A stretch of DNA of 63,779 bases, the filler included, from Folioceros fuciformis (taxonomy: Eukaryota): the NCBI GenBank assembly GCA_049999805.1. It is 5 parts of 4 records of this genome, joined end to end, with 100 filler letters (N's around TTAATTAATTAA, not from the genome) between each part and the next. Parts side by side here need not be neighbours in the genome. Positions count along the whole stretch, not along the records: positions 19,677 to 48,644 come from JBNGIO010006356.1; positions 48,745 to 55,041 come from JBNGIO010006362.1; 3 more parts are not named here. One strand, 5' to 3'. The notes beneath the pieces are model-generated. The model was not told where the DNA came from. It did no database searches and saw nothing but the letters and a program-made list of their open reading frames with translations. Made by a program: the position numbers and the translations under genes. The number at the start of each line of letters is the position of its first letter. Position 1 is the first letter of the stretch. This document shows positions 36,070-49,338 of the stretch, piece after piece.

Positions 36070-36880
36070 ATGCAGCCTCTCGGGGCAGCAGGGATGTTTC
36101 CGGGACGAAAGGCGTCGGAAGAGAAGGATTTTTCCTCTGAGCTCGGGAATGGAGCTCGGCACGGAGCGTTGTACTCTCCGGAGTACGCCGTGCACGTCCC
36201 GCCTTACGCAGGACCCAGAACGGAGTCCACGGGCGTCGGGCAAGGCGAGCTCTACAGCCCGATGTACGCCAAGGACATCAAGGAGGACGCCGCGCAATCG
36301 CAGAGGAAGGCAAGTCCGGGTCCGGGAGAGCAGGACAGGAGCCCGTCCGCGGTGACGGCGGCCGGGAAGACGGTGATCCAGGCCACCAAGGCAGCGGCCG
36401 CAGATGTTGCCGACAACATTGCTCTCATGAGCGACAAGCTGCAGGAGAAGTTTGCTGCGGTGCCGTCGCTGCCGGCTGAGGTGATGGAGATTGTCCGCCG
36501 CACTCTCGACTCCACCATGTATTCCAACGTTTACGGCACGGCCAGAGCTGCCGTGCAGCGGGCCAAGGAGGGGATTCTGGATATGTTGCCTGGCTCAGTC
36601 TCTCCAGCTGATGCCACCCAGGCCAGAGCAGTGAGGATTTCGTGTGCTTGCACTTGAATTGCGTCTTCTGCTTTCCATTTCCGGATCCGGTTGTTCCTGA
36701 ACCGGAAGAACGCCTGTGTTGCAGATCGTGGAAGATGTGGAGCGAGAGGTTCTGCTGAATCCGGAAGCTGCGGCATCCGCCGATGCCGAGCGTGGAGTGG
36801 TTGGAGGTCCTGCCCTCGCTCAGGCACTGCAGCCTTCGGCATTACGGCCTGCTGTCTTCTTCGTCAGGTCAAGGTTGTGA
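36070..36880 (+). CDS. Uncharacterised protein ending in the peroxisomal signal SRL; exons 36070-36630 and 36725-36880
   Basis: Phase-0 GTGAG..CAG intron of 94 nt; spliced product ends AVFFVRSRL*. Confidence 0.78.
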
Positions 36881-37060
36881 GGAAGAGGAAATTTCGTCTT
36901 GTACATAACAGGGTGCAGAGTTAGGATGGGATGGATTGAGGAGCCGGAATACAAGTGTTGGCTCTTTCGGTCTCTACGAATAGAGACAACTTTACTGGTA
37001 GAATACATGAGTAGCGTTGCAGCCATCGGAAGTTGCAAGCTGTGATTGCCTACCTGCTTT

Positions 37061-40000
37061 CTATGTGGTTCCTGCAACAACGACTTTGTCTTCCCCGATG
37101 GTTTTATTTGAAATGAGCTCTGTGTTTCTTTGGAGCCAAGCATGTGCCTCACCATCCAAAAGAGGCGAAATCTGCAACAAGCATGCGCTGTTAGAAGTGT
37201 CCTCATGGAGCTTAGCAGTCTTCACAAAGGGAAACGAACTCGGGACGAGTAGTACCTTCTCCCACACCTCGGTGTGGTACGCATTGAGCCAGTCAATCTC
37301 CTCCTCCGACATGATCGTCACGTCCAACATCTTCGTCTGTTAGGGGCCGAGAACAGGCATCAGACACTCGAGCAGGAGGGCTTGGCGGAGTTTAGTCAGG
37401 CCAAATTGTTGGAAAGCTTGCCTGAATGGGAACGTATGTCAAACGCTCGAATCCAAGGTATGTCGTGCCTCCGTAATTGTTAGGAGTGTCCACCTCACGT
37501 ACAATCAACAAATTCTGGAGTGACAAAGCCCGCAGTCGTTTTGTCATCACATTCACCTGGAAATCGAGGTCAGGGATGAGACGCTAAACGCTCTTACCTC
37601 TATGCGGATGCCGAAGGACCTGTCTTCGTAGTAGCCGGGTTCATTGCTGACAATCATCCCAGCTTGCAGGCCCGTCATGTTGCCAAATCTAGAACTTATG
37701 CTCTGAGGTCCTTCGTGTACATTCAGAGCTGCACCTACTCCATGCCCCGTGCCTGCGTATTCCAACACAGTCAGCTTGCTTGGATCACGGACAGACGGGA
37801 AGGAAAAGATACGAATAGGCAGGCCCAGGTCAGAAATGCATGTACCATGACGGTAGTCCAGCCCGATTTTCCACAGAGAGGAGCGAGCAAGCACGTCCAG
37901 CACAAACCCAGGAGTATGTTCTGGGAAGACTGCCTTGTCCACAGCGATGTGCCCCTGCAGAGCCACAACATCAGCTGGGATGCTTCGTAGGACAAACCTC
38001 TGATCCACCCTAGCGAACCTGACAAAAGGGCTGGAACTTACTTGCAACACTCTTGTGAAGCACTCCTGTTGCCTCGCAGTAGGGGTGCCGAAGTGTACCG
38101 TTCTCGTGATGTCTGTAGTTCCATCCACAAATTGGGCCCCACTATCTAACAAGAAGAGCTTCTGGTTGTTCACTTCTCCACAAGATGACGGCTCTGCTCT
38201 GTAATGTACAATAGCTCCATTGGCACCCGACCCTGCTATGGTGTCGAAGCTAGTATCTAAGAATCCAGCTTGCTTTGCACGAATTTCTTCCAGCCGATCT
38301 GCAACCTCCACTTCAGTGAGCGATTTCCCCTGATCCACAACTTCGTCTTCCAGCCATGCCCAGAATTCCGCGAGAGCAGCGGCGTCCCTGAATATCAAAA
38401 CCACCAGCTTTATGGTCACGCCGTCCTTTTTCTGAAGACTGTCCTGCATCCAGGAGATACTTGGCTGTGCAAGAGAAAATACCTGAGATGGGCCTGTCTC
38501 ATCCCTTCAAGTTCCGAGGGATTCTTCAGTGCCTTGGCAAGTGAAACAGGTGAATTTCTCGCAATTGCAGCTGGTCCATTCAACCTCTCATGGAATCTGT
38601 CCTTGTTGCCTGCTGATACAGTAGCCTTGTCGTAGTATGCAGAACAAGCATTATTGAATGCCTCGACAATGGCCACACTTAGCCTCTTTGGATCCATCCA
38701 CAACTTTGCTCCCGCTTCAGCTAATCTGCACACACTCCATAAAGCAGTGAGTACTTACGTATTAGACCAAGACCAGACAATTGTCCCTTGGTGCTTAGCT
38801 GACAGGACCAGAATTGGCACCTCTGAATGCTTGGAACCAAGGATGTGTAAGGTTGAACAGTCACTGAGGCTCCTTTCAAGTGCGAAGCAACTGCTGGGGT
38901 AATCTTTACTTCATCAACAAATAACGTAGCCACCTCTTGCTCTATCACTAAATATGCGTAGGTCACTGGCGAATGAGGCACATCACCTCCACGCTGCGTT
39001 TAAAGCAATGTCATGAACAACGAGAAGCCAGAGAAGCACTTTGCAAACACCAGAAAGCGATAACAGTGCGACATTCTTACCAGGTTCAAGACCCATGCAA
39101 CTTCATCAAGCATGCTGATAATGTGTGCAGTAGCACCAGCTGCCTTCATGCTATCACGTATACTCGCAATCTTCGACCTAACATCAACGCCAGCATACTG
39201 GAGATCATGTACTCTCATCTGAGCTGTGGGAGGACGCGGCCTTTTCTCTCCCCAAACTCTGTCCACTAAGTTCTCCTCGTATAGAAGGAGGAGCTTGAGG
39301 TCACCTGCTCTTAAGGTCTGCCTCAAATCTTCGGCTGCATCTGCAGAGAAAAGGAACTGGTCATGGAACACAAACGAAGTTAGGAACGAGCTGCTTCTTA
39401 CAACTAGTTACAGCCTACGTGTTGTCACTCGATCCCAAAATGCCCGCTCACCGGATCAATGCCTACTGTAGAACCTTTAACCAGAACTTCCCGTAGCCAG
39501 TCCCCAACCGGTGGAACTCCTGCAGTTCCTTGCCGCATGAGAGTCCATCCTGGACCCAACTCCTTCTCGGCCTTTGGTAGAAACAATGGACAGCCTTGTG
39601 AGCGACTGACTGCCTTTCACCAAACTGACGTTCCAGCAACATGAGACACAACATTATTGTAAACAAGAAGCCCTATCGTAGTCTACGCTAACAAAGAAAG
39701 AACTTGAGTGGTACCTGCAGAAAGTATCTGCCATCAGTCCAGAGAGCAGCATGTTCTTTTGTCACAACAGCCGTGCCTGAACTGCCTGTAAATCCGGATA
39801 TGAAAGCTCTCCGTTGAAAACAATCTGCTATAAACTCGCTCTGCACTGCACATCATCAGAAACCACGACCTGCGCGGTAGCAAATTCTGTAACCAGGACA
39901 GGAAAAGCTCACTGACCTGATGAGGGTCCTCCGACGGTATAATGTATGCATCGATTGCGTTATCTCCTTCCTTGCCAAAAGCTTCGCGCAGGCCACTTAA

Positions 40001-40708
40001 CCGTTGATCTGGAACGATCTCTTTCTTCTTCAATGATTTCCTCAGTGAGGATGGCTCAGCAACGATACCTTCTGCAGCACTAGAGGCCAAAGTCCTCAAG
40101 GATCGTTTTAAAGCTGTTCCTGTCGTCAATGCATGTGCCTCGGAAGAAAGGCCTCTAGTCAGCCCAACCGTGGACGTCTCGATTGGCACGAATCTCCTCC
40201 AGCCCACGAAAGTTTCGCGACTCGCTTCTACTCGAAGCCTGCCTGACGAATCATCCCTTGCTCTCAATCTCTCACTGCTAATTGCCCGCACCGCAGCATC
40301 CACCAAGGACGGCCGGCACGAAGCTCTGGCACTGCCCCCAAACACCATCCTGGGCCACAATCCTGAAGTTGCAGAAAACTCTGGTCTTCCACCCAGCTTG
40401 TTGCATTGCTTAGCTGACCCCTGCTCGATTGGAACGCATTTCTCTCCCCGCCTCAGACAGCTTGCTTCCTTCCCCTGAAAACGAACGAATTTGGAGACAG
40501 AAAGAGGTGCCTCCAGCTGCCGGACTTTCATAGGCGTGCGTCTGTTAAACGCAGAGGATGCTCTCATTGAGCTCCACAACTTAGAGCCCCCGGAATTGGA
40601 TGACCCACTAGCCCGGTCGCACTGCCGCGAAGCCAAGAAGTCTCTGCTACATGCTACACACGAAGCCTCGGGCGTGAACAAGCCGGCAAGCGCCACAGCG
40701 CTCGCCAT
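37061..40708 (-). CDS. APP2: Xaa-Pro aminopeptidase (aminopeptidase P, organellar type with long N-terminal extension), multi-exon
   Basis: [78 protein letters not shown] motifs. Confidence 0.93.
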
Positions 40709-41236
40709 CAATACTTTCAACAGCGGAAACTGTGCAGGATGCTCTGTACTGTGGAACAGATGTGATCAGATCTAGGATTTCTAACAGGAAGGGACGTGGG
40801 ATGCGCACCCTGTGCAGATTGTTCCTCACCTTTAGCCTTCTCCTTCTAATACATCGAATTCGCCAGCAACGTCGTCCCCGCTTCCCGCTTGGCAGAGTAA
40901 TCCAGGATTTAAAGCTTTGCTATTTTAAGAAATTGTTGCCACGTATTTCGCGCTGCAGCTCCCGGATGCTCTCGTCCACCACATGCGGCTTTGCAGCTTT
41001 AGGTCTGTTTGAGCTCTACATGCACGCTCACCGCTCGCATGTTAGAGGATCTAGGACTGTTACACGCAAAAACCCGGTTCCGTTACATTATAGTGTACGA
41101 TGCATCGATCATCGAACACGGAAATCCTGGATTGAGTCCCGTGGGAATAGCATGAGGACACCAGGTTTCTGCTCTGTTCTCTGGGAACAAGGATTTCTCC
41201 CTTGCAGCTTCCTTGCAGGTTGATACAGTCATCGCA

Positions 41237-43222
41237 ATGGCCGGAACTCAGCTGCTCAACAGCATCTGGAGAGTGTGGGTTGCCAGGCAATGCTTGCTGT
41301 TTCCGCAGAATCTGTGCACTGTAGGGAACCATTTTGCTCTGACGTCATGCAGCACGCAATTGACACACAGACTTCACGCAACCGCAGGGTTCTGGAAGAC
41401 TTTGCATGTTGTGCCCTTCATGGTTAGGGCAGTATCTGTTGTAGAGGAACTGACGGTACCAGTTGTAGGATGCTTTTCACCTTGTGGAATCGACCGGCAT
41501 TGGCTTTGGGAAACGTGTTCAGAGCGTTTGTTGATGTCGGGCCCTCGTGCAGGGAAAGCATGCAGCATCATGCACCTCGTCAAGGACCGGGGGAAAAGTT
41601 CAGAGATAGAGGAAGGGTCGGTAGAGTCTCAGCAGGTGGTCGAACTGCCTCCACCTCATTCGAAGAATGTGGAGGCATGGGAGGACTCAACAGGCCTTTC
41701 TTCTTCTTCGAGTGATCAGAAGAAAGTGAGTAGTGCAGACGGAAGCGGTGAGGGACTTGCACAGGGGTCTCTTCCCAAGGGACCCAATACAAGTTCTTCC
41801 TCGTTCTCACCCTTGGTTCGCACACAAGAAGGCCCCGAGGGCACGCCTAAACGTTCTCTGAAGGAAGTTGTGCAGGATGTAGAGGGGTTGCGACACGCGG
41901 AGGACCTCGTCTCCACTTTAGCGGGATTACCTGCCGAGCTTCCTGCAAGGGAATATATAGTCTTACTCAAGTCCGTTCCAGATAGCATGGTGTTCCCATT
42001 GTATACTTGGATACGGAAGGAGTCGAAACAAAAGCCTGATCTCCTTGTATGCCTTGCCACACACAGACGTTTATTAGCATCACAGGAATGGGGAAGGTTA
42101 GAGCGTCTTGTAGACGACATGAGGCAGCATCAATTGCCTCTAGATGTAAAATACTATTGCAGGATCATGAAGGAAGCCAGTGGTGCAGGGAGGCTAGACG
42201 TGTGTGAGAAGTGGTTTCGTATGATGAAGGAATTCGGATGCCAACCAGATAGGATAGTCTACAACACACTCATCCATGCGTACTTGAAGAAGAAAATGCA
42301 CGAGAAGGTGTTTTCCACGTTCCAGGAAATGCTAGGGAGTGGCATCTCTCCAGATTTGTTCACTTTCTGCCACCTCTTGTCCTCATGTCGAGACACTAGG
42401 GATGTGACAGGGGCAGCAAGACTCTTCACAGAGTTGAAGAGCTCTGCGATTCCACGGAACCATGTACCATCAAGCATTCTCTTGGACCTCTATGGGAAGT
42501 TTGGGATGACAGCAGAGGCAGCTGCCTTGTTTAAAAGTATGCAGGAGGAAGGGCTGCATCCAGACGCCACAGCGTACAACACAATGCTGCATGCTTTTGC
42601 AAAGGAAGGCATGGTGGATGAGGCAACATCGGTTTTTCAGGACTTCTGTCGATCTGGCTGTGGACCAGATAAGATCGTCTTCTGGACAATGCTGCGGATG
42701 TACTGTAAGACCAACCATCCTGGAAAGGCAGCTGAGCTCATGGCCACAATGAGGCAGCGCGGCTTGCCTGTCAGCGAAGACTGCTACTCTGCAGTGATGA
42801 TGGCCTACATCAATACCGAGCAGTGGGAAGATGCAGTCCACCATATGAAAGACTGGCAAATATCAGGCTGCCCTATATCAGTGAAATCCTACACTCTTAT
42901 GCTCTACGTCCTGTTCCGATCAGGCCAGCACTTGGCTTGTGAGCGCCTATTCCGCCGTATGATCTCAAAGAAGGGCTACAGGAACCACCTTCCAGCCTAC
43001 GAGACGATGATCCGGATCTATTACAAAACCAACCGTCCCAGACAAGCCATGTCCATCTACAATCTCATGAAGGAGAACGGCTGCACCCCGAATTCAAACG
43101 TACTGCGTTTCCTGCTCAGCTTGAACGTATCTGCAGGGGATCAACCGATGGTGAACATGCTGCGCCAGGAAATGAAGGGCAGTGAGGTTGAAAGCATGGA
43201 GACACTGAATGTCTCAGAGTAA
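41237..43222 (+). CDS. P-class PPR protein (organelle-targeted), intronless
   Basis: Tandem 35-aa repeats (PDRIVYNTLIHAY, PDATAYNTMLHAF, etc.) in the C-terminal half. True start codon uncertain. Confidence 0.92.
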   Translation: MAGTQLLNSIWRVWVARQCLLFPQNLCTVGNHFALTSCSTQLTHRLHATAGFWKTLHVVPFMVRAVSVVEELTVPVVGCFSPCGIDRHWLWETCSERLLMSGPRAGKACSIMHLVKDRGKSSEIEEGSVESQQVVELPPPHSKNVEAWEDSTGLSSSSSDQKKVSSADGSGEGLAQGSLPKGPNTSSSSFSPLVRTQEGPEGTPKRSLKEVVQDVEGLRHAEDLVSTLAGLPAELPAREYIVLLKSVPDSMVFPLYTWIRKESKQKPDLLVCLATHRRLLASQEWGRLERLVDDMRQHQLPLDVKYYCRIMKEASGAGRLDVCEKWFRMMKEFGCQPDRIVYNTLIHAYLKKKMHEKVFSTFQEMLGSGISPDLFTFCHLLSSCRDTRDVTGAARLFTELKSSAIPRNHVPSSILLDLYGKFGMTAEAAALFKSMQEEGLHPDATAYNTMLHAFAKEGMVDEATSVFQDFCRSGCGPDKIVFWTMLRMYCKTNHPGKAAELMATMRQRGLPVSEDCYSAVMMAYINTEQWEDAVHHMKDWQISGCPISVKSYTLMLYVLFRSGQHLACERLFRRMISKKGYRNHLPAYETMIRIYYKTNRPRQAMSIYNLMKENGCTPNSNVLRFLLSLNVSAGDQPMVNMLRQEMKGSEVESMETLNVSE

Positions 43223-43730
43223 GACAGAAAGGTCGCTTCTGTTGCGTATCCCAGTTAGAGGGACCCGGTGATCGGAACGTGCCCTATCTGTATATTTTGT
43301 TCAGGTGAATTTCCTGCGGCTTTCTGAATGGGGGGGTGGAAATGAACGAAGTATCGGATCCGGTCGGCACGTGTTTAGAATTGGCTAAGCTGTGTTGTGC
43401 GAGTTGAGGACCGGCTTCAGCCACTGGAATTTGCGACATATACATATACAATTTTTGGGATAAAAATTTCTGGCTGCCGCGGTTTGACGCACGATTGTCC
43501 GCACGCAATTAATGCGCGTTTCGACGTCACGCAGCCCTCCTACCAGGCGTCCGTGTTGTTCNNNNNNNNNNNNNNNNNNNNNNNNNNNNNNNNNNNNNNN
43601 NNNNNNNNNNNNNNNNNNNNNNNNNNNNNNNNNNNNNNNNNNNNNNNNNNNNNNNNNNNNNTGCTAGGTGGGCGTGCCAGTGCGGTGCGGAGCGGGCCTT
43701 ACTGTGATTCCAGGGCGTGGGAGCGGCGTC

Positions 43731-44396
43731 ATGCCGGACGACAGGAAGAAGATGCTGGAGGCGTTGGCGGCCAAGCGCAAGGCCGGCGGCGATGAAGGGC
43801 CGCAGAAGCGTGCCAAGAATGGGCCGGTAACCAAGAGGGCCCCCGAGAAGCCCAAGCCAGCGGCGGGCAGGGGAGGCAAGCCGCAGGCGAAGGGTAAACC
43901 TAAAAAGAGTGCGGAGCGGTGGAGCAGCGGCGAGAGTGGGGAGGACGAGGAGGACGACCTGGATTCCGAGTCTGAGGGCAGCCTCGGCGAGGAGGAGGAG
44001 GAGGACGACGAGGATGATTTGTCGGAGGAGGAGCTGACAAAGAAGCCGGTGAAGAAGGGGGCCAAGCCACCTGCCCGGGCCCCGGCTCCCAAGAAGCCGG
44101 CCCCTGCCGCGAAGGCCGGGCCTTTGAAGAATGGCAAGGAGTCGGCCAAGGCCAAGCCCCCTGTCAAGGACAAGGGCAAGGCTAAAGAGAGTGACGACGA
44201 AGGCAATGGAGATGGCAACGACGAGGACGACGAAGGGGACCTGTCCTCGGATCCTAATGACGAGCTGGACCCGAAGAACATTCTTCCGTCCAGAACTAGG
44301 CGACGCCTTCCGCCGCCCGCTCATTATGACTTGGAGGAGGGCGGGAGCGATGACGACGACGATGATGACGACGACGACGCTGACGAGAGTGACTGA
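43731..44396 (+). CDS. Acidic/lysine-rich protein with a CHZ histone-chaperone motif
   Basis: DELDPKNILPSRTRRR motif between D/E-rich and K/P-rich tracts. The 5' end is close to a gap. Confidence 0.8.
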   Translation: MPDDRKKMLEALAAKRKAGGDEGPQKRAKNGPVTKRAPEKPKPAAGRGGKPQAKGKPKKSAERWSSGESGEDEEDDLDSESEGSLGEEEEEDDEDDLSEEELTKKPVKKGAKPPARAPAPKKPAPAAKAGPLKNGKESAKAKPPVKDKGKAKESDDEGNGDGNDEDDEGDLSSDPNDELDPKNILPSRTRRRLPPPAHYDLEEGGSDDDDDDDDDDADESD

Positions 44397-46244
44397 GACT
44401 AAGTGGTGATTTGAGGACCTTCCTTTTGTTTCTGCTGCTCTAGGTTAGCTTGAAGGCTTGTTGCTTGTGTGTGGTTTGCTCATCGTGCTCTTTGTGGAGT
44501 TGGTTTGGTTGTTAGATATCGGCTTTTGTTTGTCAGCGTCCCACAAAATTTTTTCTTCAGACTGTTGTTGTGAACATTCTAACATGTGAGCCTGGTTGTA
44601 TGTTCATCTTGGCTGAGAACGCATGAAACTAGGTCTACGCTGTCCAAAGTCTGAGACCGTTATTTGGTGCTTGTGCTTGTTGCGCTTCGTATCTTGCAGA
44701 TGGTGGTAGGTCTCCGATATCTTGATGGCGTGCTAACTGGCCCCTCGAGGAAGACATCAGAGACCCCTCCAAATAGTTCTGTGCAACGGACCTATGACTT
44801 GAGACGTTGGAAGTTGGTATTGGCATCAGTCCAGCTTGAATGTTATTTTGTCGCTGGATGCGGACGGCAAGGTTGACTGGAACTTCTCTGTGATGCTTTA
44901 GCAGAGGTGTTGATGAGAAAGATAATGTACTTTACAGGTAATTGTGAATCAAATGATAACAATGGAAGGGGACTGGATCTCGGAAAGAGTTTTTGTTTTA
45001 TTTGTTGATGGTGATGTAGTGGTAAGAAGTAGTCGTAATTGCCTTTGTGCGGTGTTGGGTGTTTGGTGCTTTAATGCTTCCTTCACTTCGGTTCTCTGAG
45101 AGTGATCTGTGATCGTAGGTGTTCCTGGCTTCTAAGGATGATGTGTTCGCCGTTGGCGCCGTTATAGACGGAGTCTGTCATATGACCAGCTTAGGGAAAC
45201 TGATTTAGCTGTCTTCCGTACCGTAGAAACTTTGTTGCTGATCAGTGTGTATGTTGAGGCTGGACACGCTTCGCCTGTGCCAGACTCATTGACATGTATC
45301 TCTTTCCGTAAGATGTGCGTTTTCATGCCTACTTAAATCCTCGTGTGATACGTCGGTGGAGGTGGTGTTGACGGGTGAACTCAAAAATTTGTATGAAGCT
45401 TACCGTTCATGATTTCCCTCTTGCGAGTGTGGCCGTTGAATGATGTTGGCGAAGCTGCAGTGCAGGTGATCCTAGAGGAGTGCACCATCACGAGTTGTAC
45501 CGCTGTGTACGGAGGGGTAAATTTTGGTGCGTAATTTGGCCTGTCGATGCGGCACACAAACATCTCTCAGTCAGCCTTCAGAAAGTCGCAGATTGTGAAG
45601 TTCCAGAATCATGGAACCGAGACTGTATCTCGACATCCTCGGTTAAAGCTGTAGAGTGATCACATGTGCGAGAAACGCTTCAGAATGGCAATTTTGTATA
45701 AGCATCCAGGGCTCTTGCTCCACGGTTTTCGTACGGTCCACTGTTTTCTTTGATTCTCAGAGAAGATAGCCAGTCGCCTTTCTCCTTTGCGAAGGTCGTC
45801 TGCCCAACCGTTGTAATGGAGTAATTTTCCATTTATTTTTGCTCATCTATTTAACGGACAAAAGGGAGAGATTAGCTCGAGAATCGAAGCGGACACGGTT
45901 GCTTGCTGTTGTACTTGTGTTGACACCACCTTCCTTAGACCTGAGTAATTTCATATTGCTTTGCCTCACGTATGACAGTGAACATGACAGTAAACGCATG
46001 ACGTTGCTCTTCCGACAGCAATCCCGCTGTATCATTCAAAGAATTCCTAACTCTACCAAAACTTTGACAACACCAAGGAAGAAACAGCGACCCTGTGCAC
46101 ATCCTTTCTTGGCTGACTGCCGGCCATCGGAGCTACTTCAGATATGATATGTCTGAAAGCTCTAATATCTCCCTCACAGCCCAAAACTGTCCTTGTAGAC
46201 TGCAGAGTACCTGATCATTTTGACTTTGAACATGAAACTTAGAA

Positions 46245-48594
46245 TCACAATGCAGACGCGAATTTTACCCCATCAGAGATCTGCCTACGCAATTGGTGCT
46301 CCGCAACCTTGTAGTCCACAACTTCTCGGAACATATTTGCATCCAGCACACTCTCTGCACTCCCATAAACTGCTCCCTGCATACTCGCCATGAGCTTCGC
46401 TATTTCCCGACCGGAAAATCCTCCGGTCTTTCTGGCAGCTTCTTCGATTAACTCATCCGTTATCCCCTTCACCTCAATTCTAGCCTGCTTACCACGGAAG
46501 AGACCCTTCCAGCCCCTGACTTCATTCCCGGCATCCACAATGTACCTCTGTAGATAAAGTTTGAAGAGTTTTTCACGCTCTTCCTGCCTCGGAAGCGGAA
46601 ATTCCAATAACTCGTCAATCCGATCTGTTACGGCGGAGTCGAGGTCACTCGGGCGATTTGTCGCCAGAACAAGGACAATATCACGTGACTGATCTCCAGT
46701 ACGGTAGAGAAGAGCATTCAGTGCACTACGTTGTGCCTCACTCATGATGGTATTGTTCCGCCTGCAGCGAATCAACGTAAGTCAGTATCTCCCTGACGAC
46801 CTACAATCCTTCATACCGCGCGCAAACAAACGACGCAGTTGCAAACACATCACAATTACGATGCAAATTTAAAACAATTAGAGCAAGAAAGCAACTAAAG
46901 ATAACGTACTGGCATAGGAACGCATCAGCCTCGTCAATGAAAAGCAACATCCCATTTCGGGTTTTCCCAGCCCACTCAAAAATCTCGTGTATCTTTGTGA
47001 CTGCCTGAGGTCCCAGAGGAGCCACATCTCCACCTGTCATCAGCGCGTAGTCCAAACCCTGCGAGTCACCAACAGACAAAAAATTTAATAGTTTCTTGCA
47101 AACCCCAGGAGAAAAGGCAACAACCATGGAAGTAGTTCAACACATACTTACTGATTGCTTAGCAAGCTCCTTGGCTACCATAGTCTTCCCCGTGCCCGGT
47201 GGCCCATAGAAAAGCATGTTCCGGAAAGGAGCATCATATTTCTTTGTGTTAGCAGTTGCAGCTGCCAGCTGTTGCACCCGCTTGTGTAAGAATGGATGCA
47301 GTATCACACCGCCAAAACCTTTCCCAGACTTGATAAGATCAGCGGCACCTCCTCCTAGCAGCGAACTACTCAGCTGCGTTGTCCAACGTGACCACGGATA
47401 CTTGCCTCTAGACGACTCACGAATCAAGGAAGGCTGTCCCAAGATACGGTCAATGTGCCGCCAAATCACACGAGCACCCTCTCTGAATATCGTAAGGCAT
47501 AATGTTAAACAAAATTCAGAGCACAACACTGCAACAGTTAAATTGCACATGACTCCGCTTCTAACCACCACATACTTCAGGGCAAAACGCATCCCGGATA
47601 GGTGTGACGGGAGCTACCTCGTTGTGTAAACCCCTGCCGCAAGAGCTGTTGCTCCACCCACGAGCACAATTAACTTGTTCTGGTCCGTAAGCAGAGCCCT
47701 TAGCCCACCTTCAAAGCACAGTTCAGTGGCACAACTTATTCCCCTCTTCATTTCAACCATGTCCCAAACTTCAAACTACTAATACATTTCCTACCAAGTA
47801 CACCAGCATCTACGATCCCATGACTCCGACACTACTCTCCAGAGGGCTAACAGACGCACTCCAGAATACTGAAGCCAAAGGCCAAACTGCAATTTATTAC
47901 CTCCAATGTGCTCAAAGGTAGTGTTTATAGCCGCCAACCACTTCTCCTTTTCAGTGTTGGCTCGTTCCAGCAGCAATCTCCTGTTCACATCTTCAGCTAG
48001 CTTGGCCTCCCGAGCACGACCTTCAGCCTCTGCCATGGCACGTACTCTGATTGTTTCTCTCTCTATTTCGGCCTTCTCTCTCTCAGTTTGGATTCGCTGC
48101 GCAGCGATTTGTTCCTCAGTTTTCCGCCTGGTTTGCTCCTGACGAACGCTTGATTCTTCCTGCATCTTCACTAGCTCCGAATTTCTCTGTCGTTGGGCTT
48201 CATGTTCAGCCTGAACAACGTAGGGTTTAGGATCAATCCATCACATGAAGACTTATGACAAAATTAGGCGCCTGATACCTGCATGCGCTTGCGCGCAAGC
48301 TCATCCTCGTATCGAGCAAGCTGAGCTTTATTTTGGGCCTGCTGCTGCATTGTCTTCCTCTGTTCTTCATGGACAACCTTCTGTCGTTCCTGTGTTCACA
48401 TTCGCAGAATAAAATGAGACCAATCAGATTAAGACCTGCTATACGTAAAAACTGAGAATCACTGGCTGTGTCATTCAACAACTGGATGGAGAGGCAACCG
48501 TTTCATGCTGTGCTTGGATAGCTGAAAATTGAGCCCTCCTAGCATTTTCTTCGGATTGCCTCGTTTCCTCTTGCTTCTTCATCAACTCGAAAAC
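46245..48594 (-). CDS. ATAD3: ATAD3-family mitochondrial AAA+ ATPase; first exon missing (gap)
   Basis: EKWLAAINTTF, LGQPSLIRESSRG, NMLFYGPPGTGKT, DYALMTGGDVAPLG, LLFIDEADAFL, LATNRP..DRIDE, GFSGREIAKL. Confidence 0.95.
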
Positions 48595-49044
48595 CTACTC
48601 AGAAACGACTGTGCGCTGTTAAAGGCCAATTGAAGAGTCCTCGTNNNNNNNNNNNNNNNNNNNNNNNNNNNNNNNNNNNNNNNNNNNNTTAATTAATTAA
48701 NNNNNNNNNNNNNNNNNNNNNNNNNNNNNNNNNNNNNNNNNNNNGTGAAGGAGTATTGATGTTGGCATAATGAGATTAGGGTTATATTATATCCAGTTTC
48801 ATATTGTGTGTATAGTTTAAAATGTCTTACCTCTTCGCTAGGGTTACGACTGTTAGTAATAGTCACACCCATTCATGAATAGTTAAGTTTAAGTTTTAAT
48901 GTTTTACTTACTCTCTTTTTTCTTGAATATATACAATGTTATTTTTATAATAAATCTACATCTGCATGTAATTTCTTATGGTATCAGAGCTTCTGATGTA
49001 GGTTACATTCAAATGAGTGTACATTAGATTGTGCATTTAATTTC

Positions 49045-49167
49045 ATGCACAATCATGTCTCTTTTGCTTTCTTTCAAAAGGAAATTAGGTTTCTTTTTGA
49101 GAAAAGAAAAGAACATATTAAAATTCTTGTAGAAATTTTCTTTATATTTTATAAGGAGATGTGCTAA
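49045..49167 (+). CDS. Accessory ORF1 of copia B (40 aa, below the ORF-track cutoff)
   Basis: MHNHVSFAFFQKEIRFLFEKRKEHIKILVEIFFIFYKEMC; aligns without gaps to ORF1 of element A. Confidence 0.35.
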   Translation: MHNHVSFAFFQKEIRFLFEKRKEHIKILVEIFFIFYKEMC

Positions 49168-49338
49168 ACCTGGATCTTGTTCCAGTGCATCTCTAGTCAG
49201 ATTGCCTTAGGCAATTCTGGTAGAGGTACACTAGAACAACCGCCAGATCTTGCATACAGATTTCTGAAAATTATAGAGAATAGCTTACAGAAATGCATAT
49301 AATTTGCATTTTACAAGCTTCTACAAATTTAGCCGTAA

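Noticed and set aside
44400-46240. Short ORFs between the CHZ-motif gene and ATAD3
   Set aside because: No motifs; consistent with UTR/intergenic sequence.
48645-48745. Apparent insertion of copia B into ATAD3 intron 1
   Set aside because: The two are separated by a spacer gap, so physical adjacency cannot be shown.
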